A DNA stretch of 61,785 nucleotides from a virus. Taxonomy: Duplodnaviria > Caudoviricetes. The notes beneath the pieces are model-generated. The model was not told where the DNA came from. It searched no databases and saw only the letters and a list, made by a program, of their open reading frames with translations. The position numbers and the translations under genes are program-made. The DNA lies in the IMG/VR virus record IMGVR_UViG_3300027816_000110, positions 1 to 61,785 of that record, one strand, 5' to 3'. Below, one piece after another: positions 31,235-38,459 of this stretch (position 1 is the stretch's first letter; each line of letters begins with the position of its first letter).

Positions 31235-31438
31235 CTATTCTGATTTAAAGGTTAATTCATCTAATTTTATTTGGTACTCTTTACCATCTTTGAAGCCTTT
31301 TAGGTATTCTTCTGCCTTTTGACTTCTCTCTTTGGCTTTGGCTTGTTCAAATTTTACAATAAAACCTGAATGAACCCCTCCGAAATCTTTACACATTTCT
31401 TGAAATTCATTTTCCAACCATTCTACTGCTGTTTTCAT
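31235..31438 (-). CDS. Hypothetical protein (MKTAVEWL...TFKSE)
   Basis: ORF in operon. Confidence 0.6.
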   Translation of the reverse strand: MKTAVEWLENEFQEMCKDFGGVHSGFIVKFEQAKAKERSQKAEEYLKGFKDGKEYQIKLDELTFKSE

Positions 31439-31526
31439 AATTATTTTTATTTTATGTTTATTATACTTTAATGTCCAGTTTATTGTGCAAAAAACTGGAC
31501 AAATATCAGTTTATAACCTGATGTTT

Positions 31527-31883
31527 TCATAACATTTGTTTTATTTTTTCAAGATATAGCGCAAGATCCATGGCCTCCTGCTTGGCATGTTCAACCCACT
31601 CCTTTATGGTTAAGTCATTACGATCTAAATTCGTATTGTACTTCGCCATCCCAACAGCCGATCGGTCTCTCAACTGACTGACCAGTGACTCGACAATACT
31701 ATCTGACTTTATAAATTCAGAATTGTTGTACCATCTGGTTGTCTGATTGCCAAGCTGATTGATACCTGTCAACCAACAGCCGTTATCTTTAGCGTCCTCA
31801 ACGCTCACTACCTCGTACTTGTCGAAGTAGCGCTTATCATCAATTAGCTTGATGATGTAAACTTTCTCTCCTTTTTTATACAT
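31527..31883 (-). CDS. Protein with C-terminal all-alpha nucleotide pyrophosphatase-like domain
   Basis: RSAVGMAKY..LDR.DL..W..HA.QEAMDLALYLEK; start moved to ATG 31883 because the longer start lies in a terminator. Confidence 0.55.
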   Translation of the reverse strand: MYKKGEKVYIIKLIDDKRYFDKYEVVSVEDAKDNGCWLTGINQLGNQTTRWYNNSEFIKSDSIVESLVSQLRDRSAVGMAKYNTNLDRNDLTIKEWVEHAKQEAMDLALYLEKIKQML

Positions 31884-31897
31884 ATCTTTTGATTTAG

Positions 31898-31932
31898 AAA
31901 AAAAAAGACAGACTGGCCACACCCATCTGCCT
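31898..31932 (-). terminator. Intrinsic terminator closing the ncRNA cluster
   Basis: AGGCAGA-TGG-gtgtgg-CCA-G-TCTGTC followed by T9 on the minus strand. Confidence 0.7.
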
Positions 31933-31997
31933 AGAGTTTTTACCTATGTGGAGGCTAACCACAGAACCCTAACTGTTGTCCACCATGAACAAATTTG

Positions 31998-32135
31998 TTG
32001 TCAGGACAGGACTCGAACCTGTATTTGTAAGTGTTCATCAGTCAATATCCTCACTTACCGAAGTTGTGTACAAAATCCTTTGACCTCCGTGCGTCTACCA
32101 CGCCAGGGAAATCCCTAGCCTTCCGCCACCTGACT
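31998..32135 (-). ncRNA. tRNA-like RNA (Leu-type D/T arms, D-loop insertion, no canonical anticodon arm)
   Basis: GTCAGG/CCTGAC acceptor stem, TGGCGGAA..TGGTAGACGC D arm, ACAGG-TTCGAGT-CCTGT T arm. Confidence 0.7.
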
Positions 32136-32197
32136 AACGCTGTCTTTCCAGCTGTCAGAGGGTTGAAGTAAGTCACTCCCACAATAGCATTTTAAAT

Positions 32198-32337
32198 GTT
32201 CTCAAGAAGGGATTCGAACCCTTGCCGCATCCGTTTACCTGCATGACATACGTTGAAACTCCTACAGTTTTAATGATGGTCAAGCTCCCCATCTTTTAAG
32301 TCATATTTCGCCTTCGACCACTCAGCCACTTGAGAAC
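32198..32337 (-). ncRNA. tRNA-like RNA (Ser-type D arm, expanded anticodon region)
   Basis: GTTCTCAAG/CTTGAGAAC stem, TGGCTGAGTGGTCGAAGGC D arm, AAGGG-TTCGAAT-CCCTT T arm. Confidence 0.7.
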
Positions 32338-32339
32338 CT

Positions 32340-32555
32340 TACCATTTAGTAAGTTACTAGTTGGTAACCCCTAGCAGTGTCTATTGATCAGATAGTCTTA
32401 CTAGGGGGTTGTATCAGTTATAAGGACACGTCCAATTTCCCGATACAGATAAGGCCATCTAAGTGAGCTGATCTTACGGTAAGCTCGATGGCACTGGGCC
32501 TGTGGATATCTCACCACAGGGGGGCGTGTAGCAGGCTCCGCTCCCTGCTCGGCAC
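32340..32555 (-). ncRNA. Cluster of GC-rich RNA hairpins, unassigned
   Basis: GCAGG/CCTGC, CCTGTGG/CCACAGG, GCCATC/GATGGC, TGTATC/GATACA and CCCCTAG/CTAGGGG stems in an AT-rich genome. Confidence 0.55.
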
Positions 32556-32569
32556 TTTTACTTAAGCGT

Positions 32570-32899
32570 TTAAAAAGGTAATGCGTCCTCTTGCTTTGGC
32601 TCTTGCTTAGGAGCCTCTCCCTCAATCTTCCAACCTTGTAAGGTGTTGAAGTACTTAACGTCACCTGCTGGCGATGTCCACTCACGACCTTTCAGATTAA
32701 AAGATAGCTCTATCTCTTGGCCTTCCATCACGTTGTCAAGTAAGCTGGTCTTGTCTTGCGTAAACTCAAAACTAACGTACTGCGGATAGTTGGCATCACT
32801 GTTGTCAACCATCACAAGTTCGCGCTTTGAGAACTTCTCGCTCACAATCATCGTTTGTCCTACCTTGTGGACAACTCCCTTCATTTTAAAACTACTCAT
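32570..32899 (-). CDS. Single-stranded DNA-binding protein (DUF3127-like)
   Basis: FSKRELV, YPQYVSFEFTQDK, FNLKGREW, YFNTLQGWKI; acidic DALPF tail. Confidence 0.85.
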   Translation of the reverse strand: MSSFKMKGVVHKVGQTMIVSEKFSKRELVMVDNSDANYPQYVSFEFTQDKTSLLDNVMEGQEIELSFNLKGREWTSPAGDVKYFNTLQGWKIEGEAPKQEPKQEDALPF

Positions 32900-32902
32900 A
32901 CT

Positions 32903-33145
32903 TTATTTGATTTTAATTAATAATTTTAACAGAGCCACTATCTCTGCCCTCGTCCTCACCGTCGTTAAGACCACACTCTGATCGGGCCCTATTCTCTCCA
33001 TGTCTTGATTTACGAATATCACAGCGTTGTCATCGACCTGTAAGTCGATCGTTATGCTTAGTGTTGGCTCGTATTTAAACTCGTATCTATCGCCTGTTAG
33101 CTCAGTGAAGCCTTGCTCTAGTAACCATTCTCTTGTTATATCCAT
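32903..33145 (-). CDS. Hypothetical protein
   Basis: ITREWLLEQGF N-terminal motif; operon. Confidence 0.55.
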   Translation of the reverse strand: MDITREWLLEQGFTELTGDRYEFKYEPTLSITIDLQVDDNAVIFVNQDMERIGPDQSVVLTTVRTRAEIVALLKLLIKIK

Positions 33146-33876
33146 CTCTGTCTGTATTTGTTAGCGTATTCAATAGCGATGTCTAACCGCTCGTCTATCT
33201 TTTTTATGTCGTCATCTGTTAGCTCAACTGGCACGATGATTTGTCTTAGGTTGTCAGAAAGGTCGTCCATGTAGTGAAGGCTGTCGTCCTCACTCTCTGG
33301 TATCAACTCCTCTGGAGTGTTTACCAACATGTAGGCTATACGACCGTATCTCCAATGCGTACCCGTTTGTTTTGTCAACATAAATAGGTACAACTTTACC
33401 TGCCACTCGTACTGAGAGTTACGTGCTTTCTCAATGGTCTTAGGAAATGTCTTCTTAGACCAAGGGGACTTTATGTCTATAACTACCTTTGTGTCCTCGT
33501 TTGCAATGTCAGGATGACCTGTTAGTATGCCCTTGTAAGATAGACTCATCTCAGACTTAACGTGGCTCGTGAAGTTTAAGCGGTTGTATAGGTCTATAGA
33601 TATAGGCTCTACCATATTACCCTTTGTCGTATCACGACTACTGAACGATGGCTTGTAACCCCATAGCTCCTGCTCAACCGCCTCCTCGATTAAGGTCTTA
33701 GCTCCAGCAGACAGCTCGTATGGAGCGTCACGCTTTGCCATCAACTCATCACGTAGTATAGCCTGCTTCTCAGTTAACTTTATCTTTGCAAGTAGACCGT
33801 CCAATGTCTCCTGTTGCTTGGCTGTAATGCCAGCATCCCCTAAAAACAGGGGATACGCTGTTGAACACCTAAACAT
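33136..33876 (-). CDS. Lambda-exonuclease/YqaJ-like PD-(D/E)xK exonuclease
   Basis: KGNMVE, TGHPD, IDIKSPW, YEWQVKLY. Confidence 0.8.
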   Translation of the reverse strand: MFRCSTAYPLFLGDAGITAKQQETLDGLLAKIKLTEKQAILRDELMAKRDAPYELSAGAKTLIEEAVEQELWGYKPSFSSRDTTKGNMVEPISIDLYNRLNFTSHVKSEMSLSYKGILTGHPDIANEDTKVVIDIKSPWSKKTFPKTIEKARNSQYEWQVKLYLFMLTKQTGTHWRYGRIAYMLVNTPEELIPESEDDSLHYMDDLSDNLRQIIVPVELTDDDIKKIDERLDIAIEYANKYRQRWI

Positions 33877-34354
33877 CTTGCAAAGCTTTTAATTGTTCGG
33901 CAGTTAGGCTGTACTGCTTTTGTATCTTCTCTATAGACGTAGAGCCAGCCTTTACTGCATTGACAGCACTCTCAAGCTTGTCGTCTGGCAGTTGAGGTAG
34001 CTTAGGCAATGGACGTGTGCTGAATCTCAGCGCGTCGACCATGCCTTGAGGACTCTTTACCTTCTCAGTGCCTAACACTATCTGCTTGTTGAGGTAGTCG
34101 TTGTGATCAAATGAATTGAAGAATGTCTCAAGCCTTTTGAAGTTCGATCGGTTGCAGACCATCGGCTTGTCAAACTCTTTTAGCTTAACAAACACCTTGT
34201 CCTCTTTACCCATCTCACCAACAAATGTGTCTTGGTATATCTTGTCAATTGTTACTAATTTCGGCTCGTACTTGCCGTTAACCTCTAAGTCCCATGCTCC
34301 GAGGTACTTGTTGTCTTTCATTAAATTTCTCCAGTGTGCCATAATTTTATACAA
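33869..34354 (-). CDS. Putative recombination/ssDNA-annealing protein
   Basis: KYLGAWDL, KPMVCNRSN motifs; adjacent to exonuclease and SSB. Confidence 0.5.
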   Translation of the reverse strand: MYKIMAHWRNLMKDNKYLGAWDLEVNGKYEPKLVTIDKIYQDTFVGEMGKEDKVFVKLKEFDKPMVCNRSNFKRLETFFNSFDHNDYLNKQIVLGTEKVKSPQGMVDALRFSTRPLPKLPQLPDDKLESAVNAVKAGSTSIEKIQKQYSLTAEQLKALQDV

Positions 34355-34727
34355 ATTTATTTAACTTTTGTTTATAATCCAACAGTTTGTCGGAATATTT
34401 TTTTATTCGCTTATCTATTGACTCTTTGTCATCAGTGTACTTTATGCAGTGATGTAGCCAGTCAATACGCTCCTCAATGGCGTCTATGTTTACCTTTAGA
34501 CAGCCTACATACCAACCATACTCAGTGAAGTAGTACTCTTGTATATCGTTAATCAGCCTGTACTTCTCGCTGTTTGTCATGGTGTCGTGTATGACGATGC
34601 GACCATCCGACTCAAAGCGCTCTATCTTTACACCCATGTCAAGATACCATCTTGATGTTGGGTTGTCTTCGTCACCTATCCAAAATAGCGAGACGGTTCT
34701 CTCTAGTTCATCCCAAGCCTTAATCAT
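34347..34727 (-). CDS. Hypothetical protein
   Basis: ORF in operon. Confidence 0.55.
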   Translation of the reverse strand: MIKAWDELERTVSLFWIGDEDNPTSRWYLDMGVKIERFESDGRIVIHDTMTNSEKYRLINDIQEYYFTEYGWYVGCLKVNIDAIEERIDWLHHCIKYTDDKESIDKRIKKYSDKLLDYKQKLNKFV

Positions 34728-35098
34728 GGTAAGTATCCGTAGTTTAGTCCATTAACTCTAAAGTAGAATGTCTCCTCTCGTTTGTGATGAAACAAGTAGA
34801 TGTCGTAGTTACCTTTCTCGTTCTCAACAACAGCCATAGTATTTACGTCAGTTGATGACTCCCAACTCTGAAAGAAAGGTACAGGACTCTTTGAGTTGAA
34901 TATCATCGTGTCCAAGATGTAGTTATGGTTTGTTAGAACGATTGTAATCATTGAACGTATACGTCTTCTTGAAAAGTCTTTTAGAACAAGAGTGTGCTCG
35001 TTAACCTTCTTGAAGTCTCTTTTAGGTACCGACCATTGCGCATCGGCAACGAACGGCGCGGTCATCATAGCGACCGTCAAAATAATCGATTTAAACAT
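34724..35098 (-). CDS. Exported hypothetical protein
   Basis: Signal peptide ending ADA-Q, a Bacteroidota-style N-terminal Gln. Confidence 0.6.
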   Translation of the reverse strand: MFKSIILTVAMMTAPFVADAQWSVPKRDFKKVNEHTLVLKDFSRRRIRSMITIVLTNHNYILDTMIFNSKSPVPFFQSWESSTDVNTMAVVENEKGNYDIYLFHHKREETFYFRVNGLNYGYLP

Positions 35099-35368
35099 AA
35101 GATTAAAGTTATAAGTAAAACAAATGAAGCAGAATATAGTACTGCTAAGAATAAAATTAATTTGATGATATTTCCCATGGTATTATAGGTATTTGGACAA
35201 CCGATTCTTCATAACTTATTATGACTACGCCAAGCATAGCTGACATCATCTCTATCGTCTCGTCTATGTTGCTCGTCGTTACCTTTATAACGTCATTGGT
35301 ATCGGTTGTTACGTTATATGTTTTCATTTTTTGCTTTTATTACTTGCATGTATAACTCCCAATTGAAG

Positions 35369-35599
35369 TTAGTCCACCACTGATAGTTCTTCATCCTTTA
35401 TCTTTTTTATGGTTGCACATATCTCATAGTACTCAAGGTCTAACGCACACTCAGATAGCTCGTTTAACATCTGAATAAAGCTCTCTCTCTGCCTTGAGTC
35501 ATAAGCTGACAACAGAACGTCATGCCTGTCGATTGGAGTCATCTCCCTTAACCTCTCCATGGTGTCCATGAAGATGTCTTTAAAAATTTGTTCTAGCAT
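35369..35599 (-). CDS. Hypothetical protein with UVR-like helical hairpin
   Basis: ALDLEYYEICATIK. Confidence 0.5.
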   Translation of the reverse strand: MLEQIFKDIFMDTMERLREMTPIDRHDVLLSAYDSRQRESFIQMLNELSECALDLEYYEICATIKKIKDEELSVVD

Positions 35600-35802
35600 A
35601 GTATGATTTTTACATTAGTAAATTTAATTATTATTTCGCCAGTTAGGTTGTCTATCTCAGACCGATGGGCATATCGTTTGACCAATTGGCTGTCGTACTT
35701 GGTGCGTAGTATTAAACGACCTCCAAGTATTTTGGGATTAGGTTTGAACTCTATGTGACTCAGACCTAAATTCTCGATTGTAAATTTTATTAGTTCGTTC
35801 AT
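35593..35802 (-). CDS. Hypothetical protein
   Basis: ORF in operon. Confidence 0.5.
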   Translation of the reverse strand: MNELIKFTIENLGLSHIEFKPNPKILGGRLILRTKYDSQLVKRYAHRSEIDNLTGEIIIKFTNVKIILC

Positions 35803-35803
35803 A

Positions 35804-36063
35804 GTGTTGACTTTTGGGGTTTTGTGTTGACTTTATTACGACTTTGTGTTAAGTTTTTCTAGTGTTTATAAGGAAAGTGTTAACTTTACAACTTTTTTCT
35901 ATTTTTCAAAAAAAAAATATATATATATAGATATAGTAGTAGAAAAAAAAATTCTACCACTAGGGACTAAAAGTCGTAAAGTTAACACTAAAATGGATAA
36001 TTGACTGATAATGTGTAAGTTAGGTCGAAAAAAGTCGACACAAACTTAACATAAAGTCAACAC
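35804..36063. repeat. Putative replication origin: inverted 11-bp iterons around an A/T-rich core
   Basis: GTGTTRASTTT at 35804, 35824, 35846, 35877; near reverse complements at 35978, 36031, 36042, 36053. Confidence 0.65.
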
Positions 36064-36446
36064 AGGTTGTCAATGACATAATTTATGTAGCTGATTCTCT
36101 GCGTGTTAGTGCCTGTTACTTGAGGTGTTGGTAGAGAAGTCACAATCATCGTGTTAGTGTCAACGATTGGTTGGCTGTTAAACATGCCGAAGAATAAGGC
36201 TGACCGTTTGTCTTTGTGACAAGTCAGAACGGAAAGCTTTAATACCTCCCCATCGAACTCACCGAACAACATGTCGGTCGTCATGCCGTGCTGTCGAATG
36301 AATGCCCGAACACTTGCTTCGATGTCCTCGACAGATAGGCAGATGTATTTCTTGGTGTTGGTTAACGTCGTGTATCTTGACGTGTAGTTTACTTGGCTTA
36401 CCGAACGTCCCGTTGGGTAGAGCGACTGGCTGAATTGTTTTAGCAT
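36057..36446 (-). CDS. Early protein, possible SAM-lyase-like fold
   Basis: FGEFDGEVLKLSV...ALFFGMFNSQPIVD pattern. Confidence 0.45.
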   Translation of the reverse strand: MLKQFSQSLYPTGRSVSQVNYTSRYTTLTNTKKYICLSVEDIEASVRAFIRQHGMTTDMLFGEFDGEVLKLSVLTCHKDKRSALFFGMFNSQPIVDTNTMIVTSLPTPQVTGTNTQRISYINYVIDNLC

Positions 36447-36458
36447 TTGTTTCTAGAT

Positions 36459-36929
36459 TTAAAATGTCCAATCGTAGTGATAGTCACATACACCGAACAC
36501 TATGTTTATTTTACTATAGGTTGTTTTTAATTTAGTTACTCCATCAATTAGCTTGAGACGTCCTCGTTCGTCCCAAAGGTCAAGACCAATTGTGTAGTCT
36601 TTGAATCTTTCGCCAGACCTCTCGTACTGCTTGTACCACTTGTCGTCAAATTCGATTGACTTGCTTTCCTTTCTCCAAGACTTGTTTCTATATACTATCG
36701 TCTCGAAATGGTCTATTGGTTCGTGCTTCCAATCTTGATGTCCCATTGGTAGTTCAGTCCCATCTCCTGTTGTGTTGCAGTGTTGGATGATTACACTCTT
36801 GCCGTCTTTAGATACGTCATGTACCTTAGCTACTTGTCGGTCGGTGTATAGACATATTGTTGCCCAATCACCTTTGTTTGGTATTGTTTGGATGGTTGAG
36901 TACATCCAATTTATAAAACTTCCTTTCAT
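36459..36929 (-). CDS. Conserved phage early protein
   Basis: GDWATICLYTDR N-terminal and YHYDWTF C-terminal motifs. Confidence 0.6.
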   Translation of the reverse strand: MKGSFINWMYSTIQTIPNKGDWATICLYTDRQVAKVHDVSKDGKSVIIQHCNTTGDGTELPMGHQDWKHEPIDHFETIVYRNKSWRKESKSIEFDDKWYKQYERSGERFKDYTIGLDLWDERGRLKLIDGVTKLKTTYSKINIVFGVCDYHYDWTF

Positions 36930-36934
36930 GATTT

Positions 36935-37150
36935 CTACATATTAATTCCGTATTCTATTGCTCTCATTTCATCTATGTCACCATCCTTGGTTAATATCCC
37001 GACCTCAATTAGTCGGGATGCCATCCGTCCGTAATGACCTTGTAACGACCATGCGCTACCATTTTTTACAAGTTCAGAGAACATGTATACCATCTCTGCA
37101 CCATCAAGCATCCCGCTCTCGTATGCGATTATTCTGTCTATCGTGTCCAT
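36935..37150 (-). CDS. Conserved phage early protein
   Basis: IIAYESG...AWSLQGHYGRMA motif recurrent in phage early regions. Confidence 0.65.
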   Translation of the reverse strand: MDTIDRIIAYESGMLDGAEMVYMFSELVKNGSAWSLQGHYGRMASRLIEVGILTKDGDIDEMRAIEYGINM

Positions 37151-37153
37151 AAG

Positions 37154-37435
37154 TTATAGGTTAATAATTATTTTATCTTTATTCTTTTCTCCCCATTTGT
37201 TTATTTGGTCTAGGGTGTAGGAAGTCCATGTTGCTTTACCATTGTCATATTCATATCTTGATATGTCTACCTCTCTATTTGAATCTAATTCTTCCCACAC
37301 ACCATAACTTATGCTCATGATTGGTGCAGTGATAACGAAGTATGTTCCCGTCCATGATTTCTCAACATAAACATTAATAGGAAATTTATCCTTAATGCTC
37401 CATGATTTTTCTTTTTGAAAATTTATTTCAGCCAT
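37154..37435 (-). CDS. Hypothetical early protein
   Basis: ORF with TAGAACTT-ATG start. Confidence 0.55.
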   Translation of the reverse strand: MAEINFQKEKSWSIKDKFPINVYVEKSWTGTYFVITAPIMSISYGVWEELDSNREVDISRYEYDNGKATWTSYTLDQINKWGEKNKDKIIINL

Positions 37436-37440
37436 AAGTT

Positions 37441-37665
37441 CTAAAATGTTAGTTTATCAAATTCATGAAACATGTCTATCTTGTCATTCGGAAATCTATC
37501 CGTTAACGCTCTGAACAAATCTTCGTTCGTGTACTCCTCATATCCATCTCGTTCTGCGTTTACGATTGGTTGGATGACTTCAGCGATTTGGTCATCGTTC
37601 AAGGTAGTTAATAGATAGAAGTCTTCTTCATTAAATGCTGTTGTGTTGATTCTAATTACTCTCAT
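37441..37665 (-). CDS. Acidic hypothetical early protein
   Basis: ORF starting 24 nt after hammerhead 1 cleavage site. Confidence 0.6.
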   Translation of the reverse strand: MRVIRINTTAFNEEDFYLLTTLNDDQIAEVIQPIVNAERDGYEEYTNEDLFRALTDRFPNDKIDMFHEFDKLTF

Positions 37666-37683
37666 TTGTTCTAAGTTTTTATT

Positions 37684-37740
37684 GGTTAAGACAGCACCTT
37701 TGGAGTGCTGTTTCGATTATTTAAATCTCGTCAGTTAACC
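37684..37740 (-). ncRNA. Type I hammerhead ribozyme 1
   Basis: GGUUAA-CUGACGA-GAUU(uaaau)AAUC-GAAAC-AGCAC(uccaaag)GUGCU-GUC^UUAACC. Confidence 0.93.
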
Positions 37741-37962
37741 TTGGTGAAACATGCTCTCCTTGAATCGAATCAATTGACCCTCCTCGTACTTGAGTAGGTC
37801 GTCTAGCTTGTCTCTGTCAACGGATATTATTCCGTGTATCGGGTGCTTGATGTCGTTGATGCCAACGAATTGCTTGTTGCGAATCAATTGCTCTCTGATT
37901 GTCAATTGTCTGATAGTGCCTTCCGCCTTGTGAAAGCCTACGTTGTTCATTCTCTTTTCCAT
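37735..37962 (-). CDS. Hypothetical early protein
   Basis: Stop codon lies in stem I of hammerhead 1. Confidence 0.55.
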   Translation of the reverse strand: MEKRMNNVGFHKAEGTIRQLTIREQLIRNKQFVGINDIKHPIHGIISVDRDKLDDLLKYEEGQLIRFKESMFHQG

Positions 37963-37967
37963 AATTT

Positions 37968-38108
37968 CTATTTGTTATATACCTCGTCTAATTGGTAGCC
38001 GTAACGCTTTTGCATGTAAGCTACGTAGTTATTAAAATGTTGTTCGTTCTCAAATTCCTTCGTGATGATTATCTGCTCTCTACGATGGTTAAAAAATACT
38101 AGTATCAT
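37968..38108 (-). CDS. Small early protein (46 aa, MILVFFNHRR...)
   Basis: Translated by hand. Confidence 0.55.
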   Translation of the reverse strand: MILVFFNHRREQIIITKEFENEQHFNNYVAYMQKRYGYQLDEVYNK

Positions 38109-38125
38109 CGCGCTCTGAATGGAAT

Positions 38126-38215
38126 TAATAATCTCTTAGTCTTAACTAATGTTCCGTTTAGAAAGAATCCCCATACCTCGAAGTTCCCTTCAATCTTTAA
38201 GATTTTTGTGCTCAT
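38126..38215 (-). CDS. Small early protein (29 aa, MSTKILKIEGNFEVWGFF...)
   Basis: Translated by hand; starts 23 nt after hammerhead 2 cleavage site. Confidence 0.5.
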
Positions 38216-38232
38216 GGCTATTAAATTAAATT

Positions 38233-38287
38233 GGTTAAGACGTGACACGTAGTCACGTTTCGGTCATTGAGACCTCATCAGTCAACC
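38233..38287 (-). ncRNA. Type I hammerhead ribozyme 2
   Basis: GGUUGA-CUGAUGA-GGUC(ucaau)GACC-GAAAC-GUGAC(uacgu)GUCAC-GUC^UUAACC. Confidence 0.95.
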
Positions 38288-38442
38288 TCGTTGATAAATT
38301 TCTTTGCCTCATCTAATGTCATGTGTATACCACATGCATCAAATCCATCCGCATCGACAATTATATATCTGTCTTCTGTTTGAATCTCGCCAGTATAGTC
38401 ATATTGACCTTTTTCTAAATAAATTTCTATTGTGTAATACAT
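38278..38442 (-). CDS. Small acidic early protein (54 aa, MYYTIEIYLEKG...)
   Basis: Translated by hand; bracketed by hammerheads 3 and 2. Confidence 0.6.
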   Translation of the reverse strand: MYYTIEIYLEKGQYDYTGEIQTEDRYIIVDADGFDACGIHMTLDEAKKFINEVD

Positions 38443-38459
38443 GATTTCTATGTTTTATT

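Noticed and set aside
31932-31971. HDV-like/theta or pistol ribozyme after the tRNA-like RNA
   Set aside because: CCUCCACAUAGG resembles P3-L3, but no P1/P2 pairing in HDV order and no pistol consensus could be built
32035-32041. CUGAUGA inside the first tRNA-like RNA as a fourth hammerhead
   Set aside because: No stem II followed by GAAA and no stem III/NUH arrangement
32401-32685. 94-aa ORF overlapping the SSB and hairpin cluster
   Set aside because: Out-of-frame overlap with SSB; region is better explained as structured RNA
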